From an uncultured Chloroflexia bacterium (GTDB lineage Bacteria; Chloroflexota; UBA6077; JACCZL01), in the NCBI GenBank assembly GCA_963765765.1, contig CAVXYC010000019.1:160001-224000 (forward strand): a DNA stretch of 64,000 nucleotides, given 5' to 3'. The first letter of the stretch is position 1. The number at the start of each line of letters is the position of its first letter. The notes under the pieces were generated by a model. That model had not been told where the DNA came from. It was given only the letters and a program-made list of their open reading frames with translations, and made no database searches. Below are positions 40,020 through 50,584 of the stretch, piece by piece. Position numbers and translations under genes: made by a program.

Positions 40020-41724
40020 ATGCAATACGACCTGCTCATTCGGAATGGCCTGGTAGTGGATGGCTCCGGAATGCCGGGCTTCCGCGCTGACGTCGGTATC
40101 AAGGACGGCAAAGTCGTTGAGATTGGCCGATTAGCCGGCTTCGCGACGCGCGTCATCGATGCCGACGGCATGGTCGTGTCGCCCGGCTTCATCGACCACC
40201 ACACTCACCTGGATGCGCAGATGCTCTGGGACCCCTACGGGACGTCCGAGCCGCAGCACGGCGTGACCACCGTGGTGATGGGTAATTGCGGTCTCACGCT
40301 GGCCCCAACTCGAGACCAGGATCACGATGCACTTGTGGGCTGTTTCGTGCGGGTCGAGGCGATTCCAAGAATCGCATTTAATGAGGGCGTGCCGTGGAAC
40401 TGGCACACCTTCGGTGAGTACCTCGACGCGTTCGAGGGCAAAGTTGGCATCAACGTCTCGGGCATGGTGGGCCACATGGCGCTCCGCCAGATCGTAATGG
40501 ACGAGGAGTCCGTTGAGCGCGCCGCTCGTCCAGACGAAGTCGAGAAAATGCAGGAGCTGCTGCGCGAATCGATGCGCGGCGGAGCTCTCGGGCTTTCCAC
40601 AAATCGGAACCCTCAGCATATGCGCGAGGACGGCAAGCCCGTTCCCAGTCGCCTCGCTGATGATGATGAGATGTTCGCCCTTGCCGACGTCCTTGGTGAG
40701 ATGAACGCCGGTATCGTGGAGACGGTCGGTCTAGCCGACCCGTCGTATGTACCGTGGCACGGCGAGATCGCCCGTCGAACCGGTCGAGCCGGTGTGCTGG
40801 CAGAGCGTTCAGACGCGCTGGTCCGAAGGCGATAAGTGGCAGCGTCAGCTCGACGCGATGGCCGCCGAGTTCTCCGAGGGGCGGCGCACGTTTGCATTAG
40901 CCAACTCCATCCCGCTCATGCGCTACTTCAACCTCGACAATACGCAGTTCTTTGATGAGCTACCCACCTGGAAGACCCTGACCTTCCTGCCGCCGATGGT
41001 GCGCAAGCAAGCGCTCAAGGATCCTGAGACGCGGGCGAAGATGCGCGCAGATTGGGACGAGCCGCGCCAGATCCAGATGCATCGTCGCTGGGATCTCATT
41101 GTGATCGACAAGGTGGCGCTGCCCGAGAACGAGAAGTACGTCGGCAAGAGCGTGGCCGAGATGGCGGCAATGCGCGGCCAGGATCCCATGGATGCGTTCC
41201 TGGATCTCTCACTCGAGGAAGATCTTCGTACAGAGTTCAAGACTTCCAACGCGCGTGACGACGCCGAAGCCATGGGCGCGGTGCTCAACAGTCCATACAT
41301 CCTGATCGGAGTTTCGGACGCGGGGGCGCACGTTCAGTTTGGCGTTGACTTCGGCTATGCCACCAGCTTGCTGGGCATCTGGGTACGGGACCGCGGCGTG
41401 GTGGCGCTGGAGCAGGCCATCCATAAGCTCACTTTCCAGGTGGCATCGGTCTACGGCATGCAGGAGCGGGGACTATTGCGTCCGGGCTATGCGGCGGACG
41501 TGACAATTTTTGATCTCAATACTGTGCGCGCCCTGCCCGCGGAATGGGCACAGGATTACCCCGCGGGCACCAAGCGACTCATTCAGCGGTCCGAGGGCAT
41601 TCACTACACGATCGTCAACGGCCAGGTGATCTATGAGAACGGCGAGTTGAGTGGCGCCCTCCCCGGATCGGTAATCCGTGGCGCGGCCTACTCGGGTGCT
41701 CGTGAGCTCGTGGGGGCGCGGTAA
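40020..41724 (+). CDS. N-acyl-D-amino-acid deacylase family amidohydrolase; frameshift near 40785
   Basis: YDLLIRNGLVVDGSG, PGFIDHHTHLD, GVTTVVMGNCG; second half SDAGAH, ERGLLRPGYAADVTIFD. Confidence 0.9.
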
Positions 41725-41730
41725 CTTTCT

Positions 41731-42048
41731 ATGGGTGTTGCCTACGTTCCGGTTGGCCGACCGGATGAGATTCAAGAAGGCAAGATGAAATCCGCCGACC
41801 TCGGAGGTCGGCGGATTCTTGTCACGTCAGTGGACGGCGAGTACTTCGCATTCTCCAGTCAGTGCCCGCACGAAGGCACCGACCTCGACACAGGCGAGAT
41901 CAATGGCAAGCGCATTGTGTGTGAGGCTCACAACTACTGGTTTGAGCTCCAAACCGGTGAGTGCGTGATGCCCCGCGGCGGTCCAGCCCTGGCCGTTCTG
42001 CCGCTCGAGCTGCGCGACGGTGAGCTGTGCGTGCGGTTGGAGTGGTAG
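41731..42048 (+). CDS. Rieske [2Fe-2S] ferredoxin
   Basis: CPH...CEAH, 105 aa. Confidence 0.92.
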   Translation: MGVAYVPVGRPDEIQEGKMKSADLGGRRILVTSVDGEYFAFSSQCPHEGTDLDTGEINGKRIVCEAHNYWFELQTGECVMPRGGPALAVLPLELRDGELCVRLEW

Positions 42049-42097
42049 CCGAACTGCGGAAACTTAGCGCCACGTACATGGCGTATCAACCCTGCCA

Positions 42098-42577
42098 ATG
42101 ATCCAGGACGGAACAAAGTGGCTACGGGCCAGGCTGCGAAGCACACCTTCGCGCACGTTCGTTCTCTATCCGATTGTCGCCTGCGTGTTAAGCGCTCTGA
42201 CTCATCGCGGCGGACCGCGCTTCGATCTCCGCTTTCTGCCAATTCTCATCTGGGGCTACCTGCAGTACCGTTTCTGCGGCGACTACCGGCAGCGCTTGCA
42301 CGCGGGCAGCCGTGGTATGGAGAACCTGCCGAATCACATCATTCGATCGGGCCCGTACGCCCTCACCCGCAATCCAATGTACCTCGGCCACCTGGTCTTT
42401 CTGTTCGGCCTGGCACCATTCACAAGATCGAAGCTAGCCTGGGTGCTATTGGCTGCCAATGCGCCATGGTTTCACATGCGGGTGCTTCAGGATGAAGCAC
42501 GTCTGCGAGAGCAATTCGGCGCCGAGTACGAGGCGTATTGCACCGACGTCAAGCGCTGGATCCCGTTCGTAGCGTGA
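42098..42577 (+). CDS. Isoprenylcysteine carboxyl methyltransferase/PEMT family membrane protein
   Basis: SGPYALTRNPMYLG, DEARLREQFGAEYEAYC..VKRW. Confidence 0.9.
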   Translation: MIQDGTKWLRARLRSTPSRTFVLYPIVACVLSALTHRGGPRFDLRFLPILIWGYLQYRFCGDYRQRLHAGSRGMENLPNHIIRSGPYALTRNPMYLGHLVFLFGLAPFTRSKLAWVLLAANAPWFHMRVLQDEARLREQFGAEYEAYCTDVKRWIPFVA

Positions 42578-42608
42578 TTTGGCTGCTCATGTGGCGATCG
42601 AGAGCCTT

Positions 42609-42697
42609 GTCATCCTGAGCCCGCAGGCGAAGGATCTTCCCCGCCGGTGACATGGATGCCGGCGGGGAAGATCCTTCGCCTGCGGGCTCAGGATGAC
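42609..42697. repeat. REP-like inverted repeat family A, perfect 39-bp arms with 11-nt loop
   Basis: gtcatcctgagcccgcaggcgaaggatcttccccgccgg and its exact reverse complement; between convergent genes. Confidence 0.9.
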
Positions 42698-42836
42698 CGG
42701 GAGGCGATGTTCCGGAACTGTTGTGGGCTGCTCAGGATGACAGGGACGGAGGTGCCCGGGAACTGTTATCCCTGATCAAGGCCACCATTGCGGCAACGGT
42801 ACCGCCCGCCACTACGCCGGCGGCAGTATTTGCACC

Positions 42837-44174
42837 TCACGCCGCTTGGAGAGATCGATCTCGTACTCCGGTGCCTCTAAGCGGTGGCAGGATCTCGCCG
42901 TGCCCGGTGGCCACTCTTCGCTCCGCTTCCGCAAATAGCTCCTGGACTTCATCGAAGATCGGGCTGAAATGCGCCTCGGCTTGTTCGCGACGATAGCCAC
43001 CGCCGGTGCCGCGGATGCGCCGCTTCATGCGCGCGTCGTAGGAGATGCCTTCCTGGGGTAAGCGGATGCATCTGTTCTGGGCCGGGTCGCGATAGACCTC
43101 CATCGGCTCCTCGCCGCGCTCCAGCTTCTCGAGCTGTTCGGCAAGCAGCTCGCGATACATGATGACACCGACGTCTGACTGCCCCAGCTTCTCCAGATCG
43201 CGTCGAGCGACATCTCCTTGCGTGGACCAGGCCCAGAAATCCTGAACCAGGCTTACTTCAGTCAGGTATTCGCCGGTCTCGTCCTTCAGCGGAATCTCGT
43301 ACATCGGGATAGACTGCTGTCGCGGGATTGGCACGCCAGGTCGATAACAGGAATAGACCACGTGCATCGTGTGGGTATCGTCCACAGGGACGCGATATTG
43401 AAACTGAAAGCCGCCATTGCCGCCCACGCGCAGGATGTTCGGGAAGACGACGGGGTGGCCCTCACGCCAGGGATCGTCCGCTTCTGAGCCGCCTTCAACG
43501 ACTCGACGCTTGATCATCCCGTGCTCAAATCGGTCGAATCCGATCTTGGCGTGGCGACCGCGACGGATGGGCTCGGTATTCACGCCACCGTCCTTCTGCG
43601 TCCAGATGTGATCCATGAAGTACCCGTGCAGCCATTCCACGTGTACCGGGTCCAGCGAGTTCTCCATGCATTGCATCCAGTTACACGGCAGCAAGGTGAC
43701 GCCGATGTGGCGGATGAAATCGTCGAGGACGAAGAGATCGTAGTTCGGTAGCAGTGGAATCGGCTCAGGGCCAAGGTAAGTAAAGATCAGGCCTGTAAGC
43801 TCCTGGACCGGGTAATGCTTGACCTGGATGCGGTCTTTGAATGTTGAATCCCAGGGCTCGCCCGGCTGTTCCAGGCATCGGCCTTCATGATTCATGACCC
43901 AGCCGTGGTAGGGACAACGAATGCCCTCTTCCTCGGGAATGCCCCACAGCATCGAGACGCGGCGGTGCGGGCAAGGAACGTCGATCAACCCCAACGTCCC
44001 TGAGCGGTCGCGGAAGAGGACCATGTCTTCACCCAGGATGCGCACCAGCTTCGTGGGTTTCTTGTCCAGCTCCACAGAGGCGGCAATGGGATGCCAATAG
44101 CGCCGCATGAGATCGCCCATGGGCGTACCGGCGCCCACGCGCGTCAGTTTCTCGTTCAGCTCTGCACTTAGCAT
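42837..44174 (-). CDS. Rieske non-heme iron oxygenase alpha subunit (LigXa / phthalate 4,5-dioxygenase-like)
   Basis: LTRVGAGTPMGDLMRRYW, CPHR..CPYHGW, CNWMQCMENSLDPVHVEWLH, LGQSDVGVIMYR. Confidence 0.93.
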   Translation of the reverse strand: MLSAELNEKLTRVGAGTPMGDLMRRYWHPIAASVELDKKPTKLVRILGEDMVLFRDRSGTLGLIDVPCPHRRVSMLWGIPEEEGIRCPYHGWVMNHEGRCLEQPGEPWDSTFKDRIQVKHYPVQELTGLIFTYLGPEPIPLLPNYDLFVLDDFIRHIGVTLLPCNWMQCMENSLDPVHVEWLHGYFMDHIWTQKDGGVNTEPIRRGRHAKIGFDRFEHGMIKRRVVEGGSEADDPWREGHPVVFPNILRVGGNGGFQFQYRVPVDDTHTMHVVYSCYRPGVPIPRQQSIPMYEIPLKDETGEYLTEVSLVQDFWAWSTQGDVARRDLEKLGQSDVGVIMYRELLAEQLEKLERGEEPMEVYRDPAQNRCIRLPQEGISYDARMKRRIRGTGGGYRREQAEAHFSPIFDEVQELFAEAERRVATGHGEILPPLRGTGVRDRSLQAA

Positions 44175-44230
44175 GGTGACCTCCGAACCGCGCCGACGGG
44201 CTTGGCGGAATCCAGTATACGACCGAGCGG

Positions 44231-44329
44231 CGAGAGGTCGGAGGTCAGAGGCGAGAGGCCAGGGGTAGTCGTGGAGATCGGAGCCTCACCTTGACCTCTA
44301 GCCTCTGACCTTTGACCTCTGGCCCCTCG
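44231..44329. repeat. Two inverted arrays of 7-nt tandem repeats (YCAGAGG-like)
   Basis: cgagagg tcggagg tcagagg cgagagg ccagggg ... cctctag cctctga cctttga cctctgg cccctcg. Confidence 0.8.
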
Positions 44330-44383
44330 TCTGTGGCCCTTTTCGGGCGCTATGATGCGCGCCATAAACGTAGGGAGTAGATC

Positions 44384-44698
44384 ATGGCGAGTTATATCTA
44401 CCTGGTTCAGATGGACGTGCCGGCGGACAAAGAGGCGGAGTTCAACCGCATCTACGACACCCAACATGTCCCGGAGCTGTCGAAGGTCCCGGGTGTGCGC
44501 GGAGTGAGCCGATATCGATTAGTTGCCAGTGACGTAGATGGCACGGCGAAATACGCCGCAATCTACGAGCTAGACGCGCCTGACATCCCGGACGGCGACG
44601 CTTGGAAGGCCGCCGCGGATCTCGGCGACTGGGTGACTCAAATCCGCCCGCACACCACGAACCGGCAGCACCATACGTTTGAGAAGATCGGCGGGTAG
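44384..44698 (+). CDS. EthD/DUF4286-like dimeric alpha/beta barrel protein
   Basis: VPADKEAEFNRIYDTQHVPELSKVPGV..RY..KYAAIYEL. Confidence 0.8.
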   Translation: MASYIYLVQMDVPADKEAEFNRIYDTQHVPELSKVPGVRGVSRYRLVASDVDGTAKYAAIYELDAPDIPDGDAWKAAADLGDWVTQIRPHTTNRQHHTFEKIGG

Positions 44699-44741
44699 TG
44701 GGAGAGCGGCTGCTGCCGGAAGAGTAAGGACTCTGGCGAAC

Positions 44742-45527
44742 TCAGTCCCCGCCACCACCACCATCTCCGCCGCCGCTGCCACCACCATCGCTGAACCCGC
44801 CGGAGTCCCCGCTGCCGAAGCTCGAATCTAAAGCTTCGGTGGCGCTGCTAAAGGCGTCCCAGTCCAGACTTGCCAGGCCGGTGTCGTCTAACCCCGAGAC
44901 ACCACCCGCGCCGGAGGTATCACCAGTGCTGTACTGACGAAGCTCCGGCCACAGGTCGTCCATAAGAAGCAGCATGATGCCCAGGCCCGCGATGGTAGCC
45001 ACGGCGCCGGCCGGATTGCGGGCGAGCACGTCGGGCAGCAATCGCGCTTCCTCGACCTGTGATTCGAGCCGCTGTCGCTCGACCAGCCCGGCATCGGTGA
45101 GTCGATAGCGCATTGGGCCAAGCAGGCCGAACAATTGACGGCCACGCTCTTCGATGAGCCCGCGCTCCATGAGCGAAGGGATGATCCGTTGGCTTTTGTA
45201 GCCTTCAAGGTTGGCGCCGAAATGAGCGTGGAACGAGCTCATCAGATCCTTCATGGACCTTTCACCGATGCTGCAAGCGTCCTGGATCACACGATAGACC
45301 TCGCGCGTGTGGTCGGTGACCTCGGCGAGCTGCTCTGGCTTCTGGTGACATGTCACCATGGTGACGTTGCCACCAAAGACGCCGAGAAAAGCGGATTGGC
45401 GTTTCTGTTCCATGGATACGAGTCCGCGCCAGACAAGCTCGAGGAGTGTCCGCCTTAGGGCTTCCTGGCCGGTGGAATTGTCCAGGTCCAGCAGCGTGGC
45501 GGCTTCAGCGGCGGATAAGTCGGGCAT
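44742..45527 (-). CDS. Hypothetical membrane protein with Gly/Ser/Asp-rich C-terminal tail
   Basis: TLLELVWRGLV, YRLTDAG, one hydrophobic segment, tail GSGDSGGFSDGGGSGGGDGGGGGD. Confidence 0.7.
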   Translation of the reverse strand: MPDLSAAEAATLLDLDNSTGQEALRRTLLELVWRGLVSMEQKRQSAFLGVFGGNVTMVTCHQKPEQLAEVTDHTREVYRVIQDACSIGERSMKDLMSSFHAHFGANLEGYKSQRIIPSLMERGLIEERGRQLFGLLGPMRYRLTDAGLVERQRLESQVEEARLLPDVLARNPAGAVATIAGLGIMLLLMDDLWPELRQYSTGDTSGAGGVSGLDDTGLASLDWDAFSSATEALDSSFGSGDSGGFSDGGGSGGGDGGGGGD

Positions 45528-45721
45528 TGGGCACCCCCTGCGCCATGATGGTACAGCGCCAAGCCGTTCGGGACCGCCGATAGGATATCGGTGGTCCCGA
45601 CTCTCAGGACATCGAATTTAGTTTGGGGAGGCCTCACTATGTTAGGCTGGTTTAGAGGGCTTTCACAGCCCAGGTGCCGGCCGTACGATGGTGTTTGAGT
45701 CGCGCCACGGAGAACTTTTCA

Positions 45722-47300
45722 GTGCAGCGATCCACCATAGCGACGGAACAATCTCCGCCGGTCCTGAGTTGACCGGCCAGAATATCTCAGCCACCAGCAG
45801 ATTCTTGTAGTGCTGGCGGGCTTGCTTGCGGGCATGCTGTTGGCCGCCCTGGATCAGAGCATCGTCGGCGTGGCGCTGCCGCAGATAGTCAGTGAACTGG
45901 GGGGCCTGGATCAACTCTCCTGGGTGGTCATCGCGTATCTGCTGGCTACCACTGCCACCACGCCGCTCTGGGGGAAGATTTCCGACCTCTACGGTCGAAG
46001 GCTCATTTTCCAGGTAGCCATTGGTCTGTTCCTCGTGGGCTCGGCCTTGTCCGGTCTCAGCCAGAACATGCCGCAGCTTATTGCCTTTCGGGCGATTCAA
46101 GGGATTGGTGGCGGCGGCCTATTCGCCATTGCGTTCGCCATCCTCGGTGACGTGATCCCGCCGCGGGATCGCGGTCGATACCAGGGCTACTTTGGCGGAA
46201 TGTTCGGCATGGCAAGTGTCGCCGGCCCTCTACTGGGTGGCTGGCTTACTGATGGGCCGGGCTGGCGTTGGATATTCCTCATCAACATCCCGGTGGGGCT
46301 CGTTGCGCTCATTGTGACCTCCTGGGCGCTGCGGTTGCCGGTGGTGAGACGCGAGCACCGAATCGATTACCTGGGCGCTGCCCTCATCGTTCTGTCTTCG
46401 TGCGCGCTCATCCTCTACCTGGACTGGGCCGGGCGGGACTATGGTTGGACGGCGCCCGTGGCGCTTGGTTTGCTCGCTACGTCAGTAGTCCTGGCGGTGT
46501 GGTTCATCATGGTTGAGGCGCGTGCGGCCGAACCGATCATTCCGCTCGGCCTGTTCCGCAACGCCGTCTTCAGGATGGGCAACATCTTCGGATTTCTGGC
46601 CGGCGTCACGATGTTCGGCGCATTGATTTTCCTGCCGCTGTACTTCCAGGGCGTGATGGGCTTTTCGCCCACGATGTCCGGCCTCGCCATGCTGCCCACG
46701 GTCGTCGGTATCTTTGGGGCGTCCATCGGTTCTGGTCAGCTCATCTCGAAAAATGGCCGCTATAAAATCTATCCGATCCTGGGCGCTGGCACTATAGTGA
46801 TTGGATTGCTCCTATTGGCGCGACTCGAGCCAACTACGCCGTACTGGCAGATTGCGCTTTTCACATTCATGTTCGGCGCAGGCCTGGGTCTCACCATGCA
46901 GACGATCCTCACGGCCGTTCAGAATGCTGTTGACGTGCGTGACATGGGCACGGCAACCGCGTCTACCACGTTCTTCCGTCAGCTCGGTGCGGCTATTGGC
47001 GCGGCGGTGTTCGGGAGCGTGCTGGCTTCGCGGCTCAACCACTACCTGACGGACGTGACTGGTGGCGCGCTTGGCGGCGGACTCACCAGTGGCATCAATA
47101 CCAACAACATCGAGTCCATCCGGGCGCTGAGCGGCCCGGTGCGCGACTTCGTACTCGCCGCTCTGACGCACGCGCTGAACGATGTGTTCCTCACTGGCGT
47201 GCCCTTCGCCGCGTTAGCGTTGGTAGTCGCGTTCTTCATTCCCGAGGTGCCGCTGGCGTCGCGGCGTCCTGGTGCGGCGCCACCGCCATCCGCGGATTGA
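45722..47300 (+). CDS. DHA2 (EmrB/QacA) family MFS drug efflux transporter; N-terminal frameshift
   Basis: LAALDQSIVGVALP, WGKISDLYGRR, GPLLGGWLTD..WRWIFLINIP; about 14 TM; probable GTG start after GGAGA. Confidence 0.92.
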
Positions 47301-47350
47301 GTTTCCGGTAGAGCTGGACTCGTCCCGCCCGGCCGTCGAGGCCGCCCTTA

Positions 47351-47432
47351 TCATTCTGGAGCGCAGCGAAGGTCTTTCCCACTGGAGGTATTGATTCCGG
47401 CGGGAGAGGGCCTTCGCTGCGCTCCAGAATGA
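47351..47432. repeat. REP-like inverted repeat family A
   Basis: tcattctggagcgcagcgaagg ... ccttcgctgcgctccagaatga; between convergent genes. Confidence 0.88.
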
Positions 47433-47477
47433 CAGAGGATTTCGCGGCGTGTCTAGATGTTCTGTATTTGACTTCCG

Positions 47478-48740
47478 CTAGTCCAATAGCGCCTTGGCGA
47501 TATCTTGCGTCTTCTGGATCTCCTCCAGCACTTCCTCGAGATCGATCCGCACGTAATCCACGCCCTTCTGCGGTAGGCTCTCTGGGTCAACCACGGGCAC
47601 GTCCGTGCGTCGACTGTCGAAGCCGATGTTTTTGGAGAATATGGTGCTGCCCTCTTTGGTGAGCACCCAGTTGACGAAGAGCTTGGCGGCGTTAGGGTGC
47701 GGCGCCTTCGTCACCAGCCACAGCATGGTGGAGCCGGCATTCAGGTACTCAGTCTCCTTAACGGTGTTCACCTGAATGTTCTGGCCCATGCCCTGAGAAC
47801 GGAAGTCCTCGATGATGACGCGGTCCACCGCGCCAAAGCCGATGGGGAAGCGCCCGCGCACCATGAACTCCGTGAGCTGGCGCGCGTCCGTGCTGATGGT
47901 GGGCTCCTGGTCCTTGAAGAGTTGCCGCACCACGTCATCGCTCTTCGTGTGGATGCGCGCCGCCGTGAGCGGCAGGAAGCCCGAGCCCTTGGTGCGTGGA
48001 TCGCCGGCGATGATCTTGCCCTTCCACTTGGGGTCGAGCATGTCCTTCAGCGTGGTGAGCTCGCCGTCCTTGATCACGTCCCGGTTCACCCACACCGGCG
48101 TATCCCGCTGGCGACCTATGGCGTAGCCCCACTTCTTCTCCGTGTCGTTGAAGCCACCATCGAATGCCCCGTCCAACCAGACGGCGTCGTCCAGCACGTC
48201 CGGCCGAATGATGAGCGGCCGAATGGGATCCAGCCCGCCGGCTACGCGCACCTGTCGGAGCTGTTCCTGGGTGGGCATGATGGACAAATCCCAGGTGTAG
48301 ATGCCGGCCTTCAGCTCAGGCAGCAGCCGCGGCACGAAGTCGCGCGACGACGACTGGAACTGCTGGTGCTCCACCTGCATGCCGGGGAACGCCTCCATGA
48401 AGGCTTCCATGACTTTGCGGTAACCGGTGCCGGCGTAGGTGGCAATGCTCAGGGTCTTCTCTTGTTTGGCAGACTCAACCAACTTGTCCCATTCCGCCTG
48501 GAATCCCGAGTTTGGGACGGCCGCTGGTGCAGGGGCGGCTGGCGCAGCGGGTTTGGCAGGCGCCGCGGCGGCTGCGGCTGTTGGTGGCGGCGCTGCGGGG
48601 GCTTGAGTGGGCTTGGCGGGCGCGGCCGTTGGTGCCGCTGCTTGCTGGCTGCAGGCCGCTAGTAAAGCTGCAGCGCCGGTAATGCCCGCGGTGAGCAGTA
48701 GCTGACGCCGCGTCCATAGCTGAGGTCGATCGGACTCCAC
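47478..48740 (-). CDS. Orphan ABC extracellular solute-binding lipoprotein (Fe3+/thiamine-type), Tat-exported
   Basis: TRRQLL + LAAC, Ala/Pro linker, WDKLVESAKQE, DPKWKGKI, APHPNAAKLFVNW. Confidence 0.9.
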   Translation of the reverse strand: MESDRPQLWTRRQLLLTAGITGAAALLAACSQQAAAPTAAPAKPTQAPAAPPPTAAAAAAPAKPAAPAAPAPAAVPNSGFQAEWDKLVESAKQEKTLSIATYAGTGYRKVMEAFMEAFPGMQVEHQQFQSSSRDFVPRLLPELKAGIYTWDLSIMPTQEQLRQVRVAGGLDPIRPLIIRPDVLDDAVWLDGAFDGGFNDTEKKWGYAIGRQRDTPVWVNRDVIKDGELTTLKDMLDPKWKGKIIAGDPRTKGSGFLPLTAARIHTKSDDVVRQLFKDQEPTISTDARQLTEFMVRGRFPIGFGAVDRVIIEDFRSQGMGQNIQVNTVKETEYLNAGSTMLWLVTKAPHPNAAKLFVNWVLTKEGSTIFSKNIGFDSRRTDVPVVDPESLPQKGVDYVRIDLEEVLEEIQKTQDIAKALLD

Positions 48741-49004
48741 GGTGACCTCCTCCTGCGACGGTGCTTGCGTCGCATCTGTCGGGTCATGCGGGCGTTACGG
48801 ATCCTCGATTCGGAGAACATAACACTCTGTCAAGTTGTCCACAACAAAATATCGCGGCATTTCCCTGGTGCCCGCTCTACGGACTTGTTAATGGTTGCCA
48901 GACGTATCACGTCGTTCCTTGTGTCCGCGCCCTTTTACAGGCAATCTGGCGTTTCAATGTTCGGACAGATCGGCCGGTGGTGGCTGATAGCCATGGAGGA
49001 TCAA

Positions 49005-50544
49005 ATGACGCGGACTGTGGAGCGGCTTGGTCGGGTCGTGGGCGTGTTGTTGGGACTGGCCGTGCTTGTTGGCGTCCCCCGGACTTTTCAGTCCGCATGC
49101 AGCGCAGGCGGCGGACGAGGCGGAGCAGCGCACGGCGGCCTATTTCGATACTTCCCGAGGGAATCCGCTTCTGCTCTACGCGTTTCTGCGCGCCATGCCA
49201 AAGGGCAGCGATCTTCACAATCATCCCAGTGGCTCCGAGTACGCGGAGCAGCTTATTTCCTATGCGGCGGAAGACGGGGCGTGCCTGCTGCGGGAGACCA
49301 TGACACTCGTTCCGCCGCCATGTGACGCTGGTGCTGGCAAGCCGCCGGTTAGCGATGCGCTGCGTCAGCCGATGCTGTACAGCCAGATCGTGGACGCCTG
49401 GTCGGTGCGTGGAGTCTTGCCTGGCAGCGATGTCTCCGGCCATGACCAGTTCTTTGCATCGTTCGATCGCTTTGGTCTCACATCATCACGTCGAATCGCT
49501 GACATCATCGCTTCCATCCGCTCGCGGGCCGCGGCCGAGGGGCTCACCTACCTGGAGCTGATGTTTGGCGTGGATCGCGGCGCGGCTAGCGACCTGGGTA
49601 CGCGGATTGGTTGGAACGACGATCTGGCAGCGCTGTACGCCCGTTACGAGTCGGAAGGCCTGAGCGACGTCGTTGCCCAGACGCGCACCGGCCTTGATTC
49701 GATCGAAGTGCGGGTGAGCGAAGTGCTGGCCTGCGGCACCCCCAACGCGGACGCCGGCTGCGCCGTGACCACACGGTATATCCAGACCGGCACGCGGGTG
49801 ATTCCGCCAGAGCGAGTCTTTGCTCAGCTCGCCGCCGGATTTGCGCTCGTCCAATCAGATCCACGCGTCGTCGGCGTAAATCTCGTGGCGCCCGAAGATG
49901 CATATCCGGCACGGCGCGACTACAAGCTGCACATGAGCATGTTCGGCTTCCTGCACGATAGAGCTCCGGGCGTGCCCATTGCGCTCCACGCCGGAGAGCT
50001 AGCTCCGGGTCTGGTACCGCCCGAGGATCTGCGATTTCACATTCGAGACGCCGTGCAGGTGGCGCACGCGCGGCGGATCGGCCACGGAGTAGACGTGTTT
50101 TACGAGGACGATCCGTTTGCACTTATTGCTGACATGGCCCATCGGAAGGTCGCCGTAGAGATCGCCCTCATGAGCAATAAGCAGATCCTCAACGTGGAGG
50201 GCGAGCGCCATCCGTTTCCGCTGTATCGATCGCTGGGCGTGCCCGTCACGCTGGTGACGGACGACATGGGCGTCTCCCGCTCCAACATGACCGAGCAATA
50301 TCAGCTTGCCGTGGAGCAGCACGGATTGGATTACCCCGCGCTCAAGCAGATTGCCCGGGCGAGCCTGGAGTACGCGTTTCTCCCGGGTCCCAGCCTCTGG
50401 CAGGACTTTGGCTCGGCAATGCCGGTGTCCGGATGCTCCGTGCTGGCATCAGCCGAATGTGAGGCATTTCTGCAAGCGAGCGAGCGTGCCCGCGAGCAGT
50501 CGCGACTCGAGCGCGCCATCGAGACATTTGAGCGGCAGTTCTAG
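49005..50544 (+). CDS. Secreted adenosine deaminase (ADGF/ADA2-like); frameshift near 49078
   Basis: MPKGSDLHNH, NLVAPED, ALHAGE, RIGHG, TDD; signal peptide MTRTVERLGRVVGVLLGLAVLVG after RBS GGAGG. Confidence 0.88.
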
Positions 50545-50549
50545 CCACC

Positions 50550-50584
50550 CCTGGGAGCGCGGGCGGGACGCCCGCGCTCCCAGG
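50550..50584. terminator. GC-rich hairpin between convergent genes
   Basis: cctgggagcgcgggc-gggac-gcccgcgctcccagg. Confidence 0.6.
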
